This document shows, one piece after another, positions 49,858-52,509 of a stretch of 52,509 bases of DNA. Numbering within the stretch: position 1 is the first letter of the stretch; the number at the start of each line of letters is the position of its first letter. The translations under genes were made by a program, and so were the position numbers. This DNA is from Bacilli bacterium (GTDB lineage Bacteria > Bacillota_I > Bacilli_A > RF39 > UBA660): NCBI GenBank assembly GCA_017617435.1, contig JAFZWF010000021.1:1-52509 (forward strand). Reading direction: 5' to 3'. The notes under the pieces were generated by a model. That model was not told the DNA's origin and made no database searches. It saw only the letters and a list, made by a program, of their open reading frames with translations.

Positions 49858-50028
49858 CTAAATACCAGAATTTGATAGATAAAAGAATATTAAAGTAATT
49901 ACTACTATAATCATAATAAGTAATAACCAAATACTATTTTTATCAACATTTGATAAAGCACTTTTCTTTGCTGCTACTTTTTTTGATGCAGATTTTTTAG
50001 TTGTCGTTTTCTTTTTCACATTAGCCAT
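49858..50028 (-). CDS. Small basic membrane protein (56 aa)
   Basis: Manual translation MANVKKKTTTKKSASKKVAAKKSALSNVDKNSIWLLLIMIIVVITLIFFYLSNSGI; RBS-like AGGT. Confidence 0.7.
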   Translation of the reverse strand: MANVKKKTTTKKSASKKVAAKKSALSNVDKNSIWLLLIMIIVVITLIFFYLSNSGI

Positions 50029-50125
50029 ACTAAATACCTACTTTCTTATTATTTACTACAATAAGAATATCATAAATAACTACTAATTAAAAGATTTTTT
50101 ATTTAAAAGTATACTTTATTAGTGT

Positions 50126-50157
50126 AAAAAAAACACTTATCAATAAGATAAGTGTTT
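50126..50157 (-). terminator. rpoC terminator
   Basis: AAACACTTATC / GATAAGTGTTT with a U tract. Confidence 0.8.
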
Positions 50158-50165
50158 AAAAATCA

Positions 50166-52509
50166 CTAAGCTTCAACTACTTCTTCAGAAACGGAAGTTT
50201 GCTCTTCTTCTTCAAAAATAGCATCGTCACCCATTAATTTTTCTTCTAGTTTTTCACTAGGATCATCATCTAAGAATTCTTTTTCTAATAGTAAGTCAAT
50301 ATCAGCATATTGTCTTGCTCCAGTACCAGCAGGGATTAATTTACCAATGATAACATTTTCTTTTAATCCTTGTAGGTAGTCAACTTTTCCACGAATAGCA
50401 GCATCAGTTAAAACACGAGTTGTTTCTTGGAATGATGCAGCAGATAAGAATGAATCTGTTTCAAGAGCAGATTTAGTAATACCAAGCATTATTGGTCTAC
50501 CTGTTGCAGGAACTCCACCATTTAAGATAACTGATTTATTTCCATCAGCAAATTCTCTTAATGATACAGTTAAACCTTCAACAAATTCACTATCTCCACC
50601 ATTAACAATTTTAATCTTGTTAATCATACGTTTAGCTAATATTTCAACGTGTTTATCAGAAATATCAACACCTTGAAGTTTATATACAGATTGAATTTCT
50701 TTAATGATATATTCTTGTGCAGTAAGTGGGTCAGTTACAGCAAGTAACTCTTTAGGTGAAATAACACCTTGAGTAAGTTTTTGACCTGCAACAACCTCAT
50801 CACCAACTTCAACAATAACTTTTTGATTATATAAAGTTGTTTGCTCGGTTACTCCAGCTTCGTTTTCTATCATAATCTTGTGTTTTCCACCAGATTCTTC
50901 AACAGAAATAACTTTACCAGCAACCTCAGCAATTGTAGCTTTACCTTTTGGTGTACGTGCTTCGAATAATTCTTCAACTCTTGGAAGACCTTGAGTAATA
51001 TCCGCATCACCACCATGGGCAACACCACCAGAGTGGAATGTACGCATTGTTAATTGTGTACCTGGTTCACCAATTGATTGTGCAGCCATAACACCAACAG
51101 CTTCACCAGTTTCAACTAAGTTACCTGTTGCAAGGTTACGTCCGTAACATTTTTGACATACACCATTAATTGTACGACATGATAGTACACTTCTTATTTC
51201 AACAGCTTTAATTCCAGCCTTTTTAATTTTAGATACGATTGTTTCAGTAATCATTTCATTCTTGTCTAAAATTACTTCCTTAGTTTCAGGATTAATAATT
51301 TTTTGAGCTGAGAAACGACCTAAAATACGTTCTTCTAAAGGTTCAATAACAGAACCATCTTTATCATTAATAATATCAGTTACAACAACACCATGATTAG
51401 ATCCACAGTCTTCTTCTTTAACTAAAATATCTTGAGCAACGTCAACTAAACGACGAGTTAAGTATCCTGAGTCTGCAGTTTTTAAGGCTGTATCGGCATC
51501 TCCTTTTCTGGAACCATGTGTTGATAAGAAGAACTCAGATACATGTAGTCCTTCGAAGAAGTTTGATAGAATCGGAATTTCTACTGATTCTCCGTTTGGT
51601 TTAGCCATAAGACCACGCATACCAGCAAGTTGTCTAAAGTTACCAATATTACCACGAGCTCCTGAATTCATCATCATGAAGATTGGGTTATATGGATTTT
51701 CTTCTGAAATACGTTTTAGATCATCAGCAACTTCGTCTGATGCTTTATTCCATACAGCACAAATAGATTCATGACGTTCTTCATCAGTTATTAAACCTCT
51801 TTGATATTGTTTAGTAATTTTATCAACAACTTCTTGTGCACGTTCAACAATTTCATGTTTCTTATCAGTTGTTATAACATCAGCAGCTGAAACAGTAATA
51901 CCAGCGATTGTTGAATATTTAAATCCTAAATCTTTTAATTTATCTAGCATGATAGATGTTTCAGTTGTTTTATATCTTTTAAATACTTGAGCAATGATTT
52001 GACCAAATGTTTTTTTAGCAAATGGTGCAACAGGTTTCATTTCCTTGATTGCAACAGGAATATCTGTTCCCATTTCAAGTAAATACTTATCTGGTGTAAA
52101 TCCTTCAATGTTATCCTTAGTTCCTTCATTTAAGAATGGGAATGTATCTGGAAGTATTTCATTAAAGATAATTTTACCAACAGTAGTTACTAAATATTTA
52201 TCTTTTTGATCATCCATAAATAATTTATGTCTAAATGAATTAACTGGAAGAGCAATTCTTGTATGAAGTGTAATTTCTCTTCTTTCGTAAGCCATTAAAA
52301 CATCATTAGGACTCTTGTATACTTTACCTTCGTTTGGTTCACCTGCTTTTTCCATAGTTAGATAGTAGTTACCTAAAACCATGTCTTGTGAAGGTGTAAC
52401 GATTGGTTTTCCATCTTTTGGAGATAGAATGTTATTAGCACCAAGCATTAAAAGTCTTGCTTCAGCTTTTGCTTCTTCAGAAAGAGGTACGTGAACAGCC
52501 ATCTGGTCA
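50166..52509 (-). CDS. rpoC: RNA polymerase beta' subunit (3' part; starts outside the window)
   Basis: Begins at [10 protein letters not shown] (end of the NADFDGD motif); [37 protein letters not shown]. Confidence 0.98.
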   Translation of the reverse strand, partial: DQMAVHVPLSEEAKAEARLLMLGANNILSPKDGKPIVTPSQDMVLGNYYLTMEKAGEPNEGKVYKSPNDVLMAYERREITLHTRIALPVNSFRHKLFMDDQKDKYLVTTVGKIIFNEILPDTFPFLNEGTKDNIEGFTPDKYLLEMGTDIPVAIKEMKPVAPFAKKTFGQIIAQVFKRYKTTETSIMLDKLKDLGFKYSTIAGITVSAADVITTDKKHEIVERAQEVVDKITKQYQRGLITDEERHESICAVWNKASDEVADDLKRISEENPYNPIFMMMNSGARGNIGNFRQLAGMRGLMAKPNGESVEIPILSNFFEGLHVSEFFLSTHGSRKGDADTALKTADSGYLTRRLVDVAQDILVKEEDCGSNHGVVVTDIINDKDGSVIEPLEERILGRFSAQKIINPETKEVILDKNEMITETIVSKIKKAGIKAVEIRSVLSCRTINGVCQKCYGRNLATGNLVETGEAVGVMAAQSIGEPGTQLTMRTFHSGGVAHGGDADITQGLPRVEELFEARTPKGKATIAEVAGKVISVEESGGKHKIMIENEAGVTEQTTLYNQKVIVEVGDEVVAGQKLTQGVISPKELLAVTDPLTAQEYIIKEIQSVYKLQGVDISDKHVEILAKRMINKIKIVNGGDSEFVEGLTVSLREFADGNKSVILNGGVPATGRPIMLGITKSALETDSFLSAASFQETTRVLTDAAIRGKVDYLQGLKENVIIGKLIPAGTGARQYADIDLLLEKEFLDDDPSEKLEEKLMGDDAIFEEEEQTSVSEEVVEA

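Noticed and set aside
4989-49875. Short plus-strand ORFs in the track (4989, 12866, 18187, 21351, 23178, 26631, 35378, 37459, 44922, 47905, 49687)
   Set aside because: They are shadows antisense to longer or better-supported minus-strand frames, with no recognisable motifs

Overview
AT-rich chromosomal window from a genome-reduced Bacilli-type firmicute. An RF39/Erysipelotrichales-like lineage is inferred from gene content only. Most genes are on the minus strand and form compressed Bacillus-like core blocks: mraZ-rpmF-ylbN/tmcAL; mutM-polA, polC, dnaE; rpmB / rpe-rsgA-pknB-stp-rlmN-fmt; khpA-rpsP; prsA, recX, nrnA, ackA, thiI-iscS-ezrA/rpsD; an M16 peptidase pair; the 3' part of rpoC. Orphan genes are inserted singly between core genes. 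Highlights: (1) a CptIN-like type III toxin-antitoxin locus in the 3' region of rpmF, with one pseudoknot unit, an intervening terminator and a toxin gene broken by a 1-nt frameshift; (2) a murL-murD2 L-Glu epimerase peptidoglycan operon; (3) a tandem pair of unknown paralogous proteins with an internal repeat and their own promoter; (4) a short RelA/SpoT homologue with intact hydrolase but degenerate synthetase motifs; (5) a 76-aa insertion in PolC; (6) sporulation remnants (cotE, two YjcZ-like peptides). Several short or edge-truncated genes missing from the ORF track were read by hand. I saw no rRNA, tRNA, CRISPR array, transposase or integrase. All family assignments come from motif recognition, not database searches.
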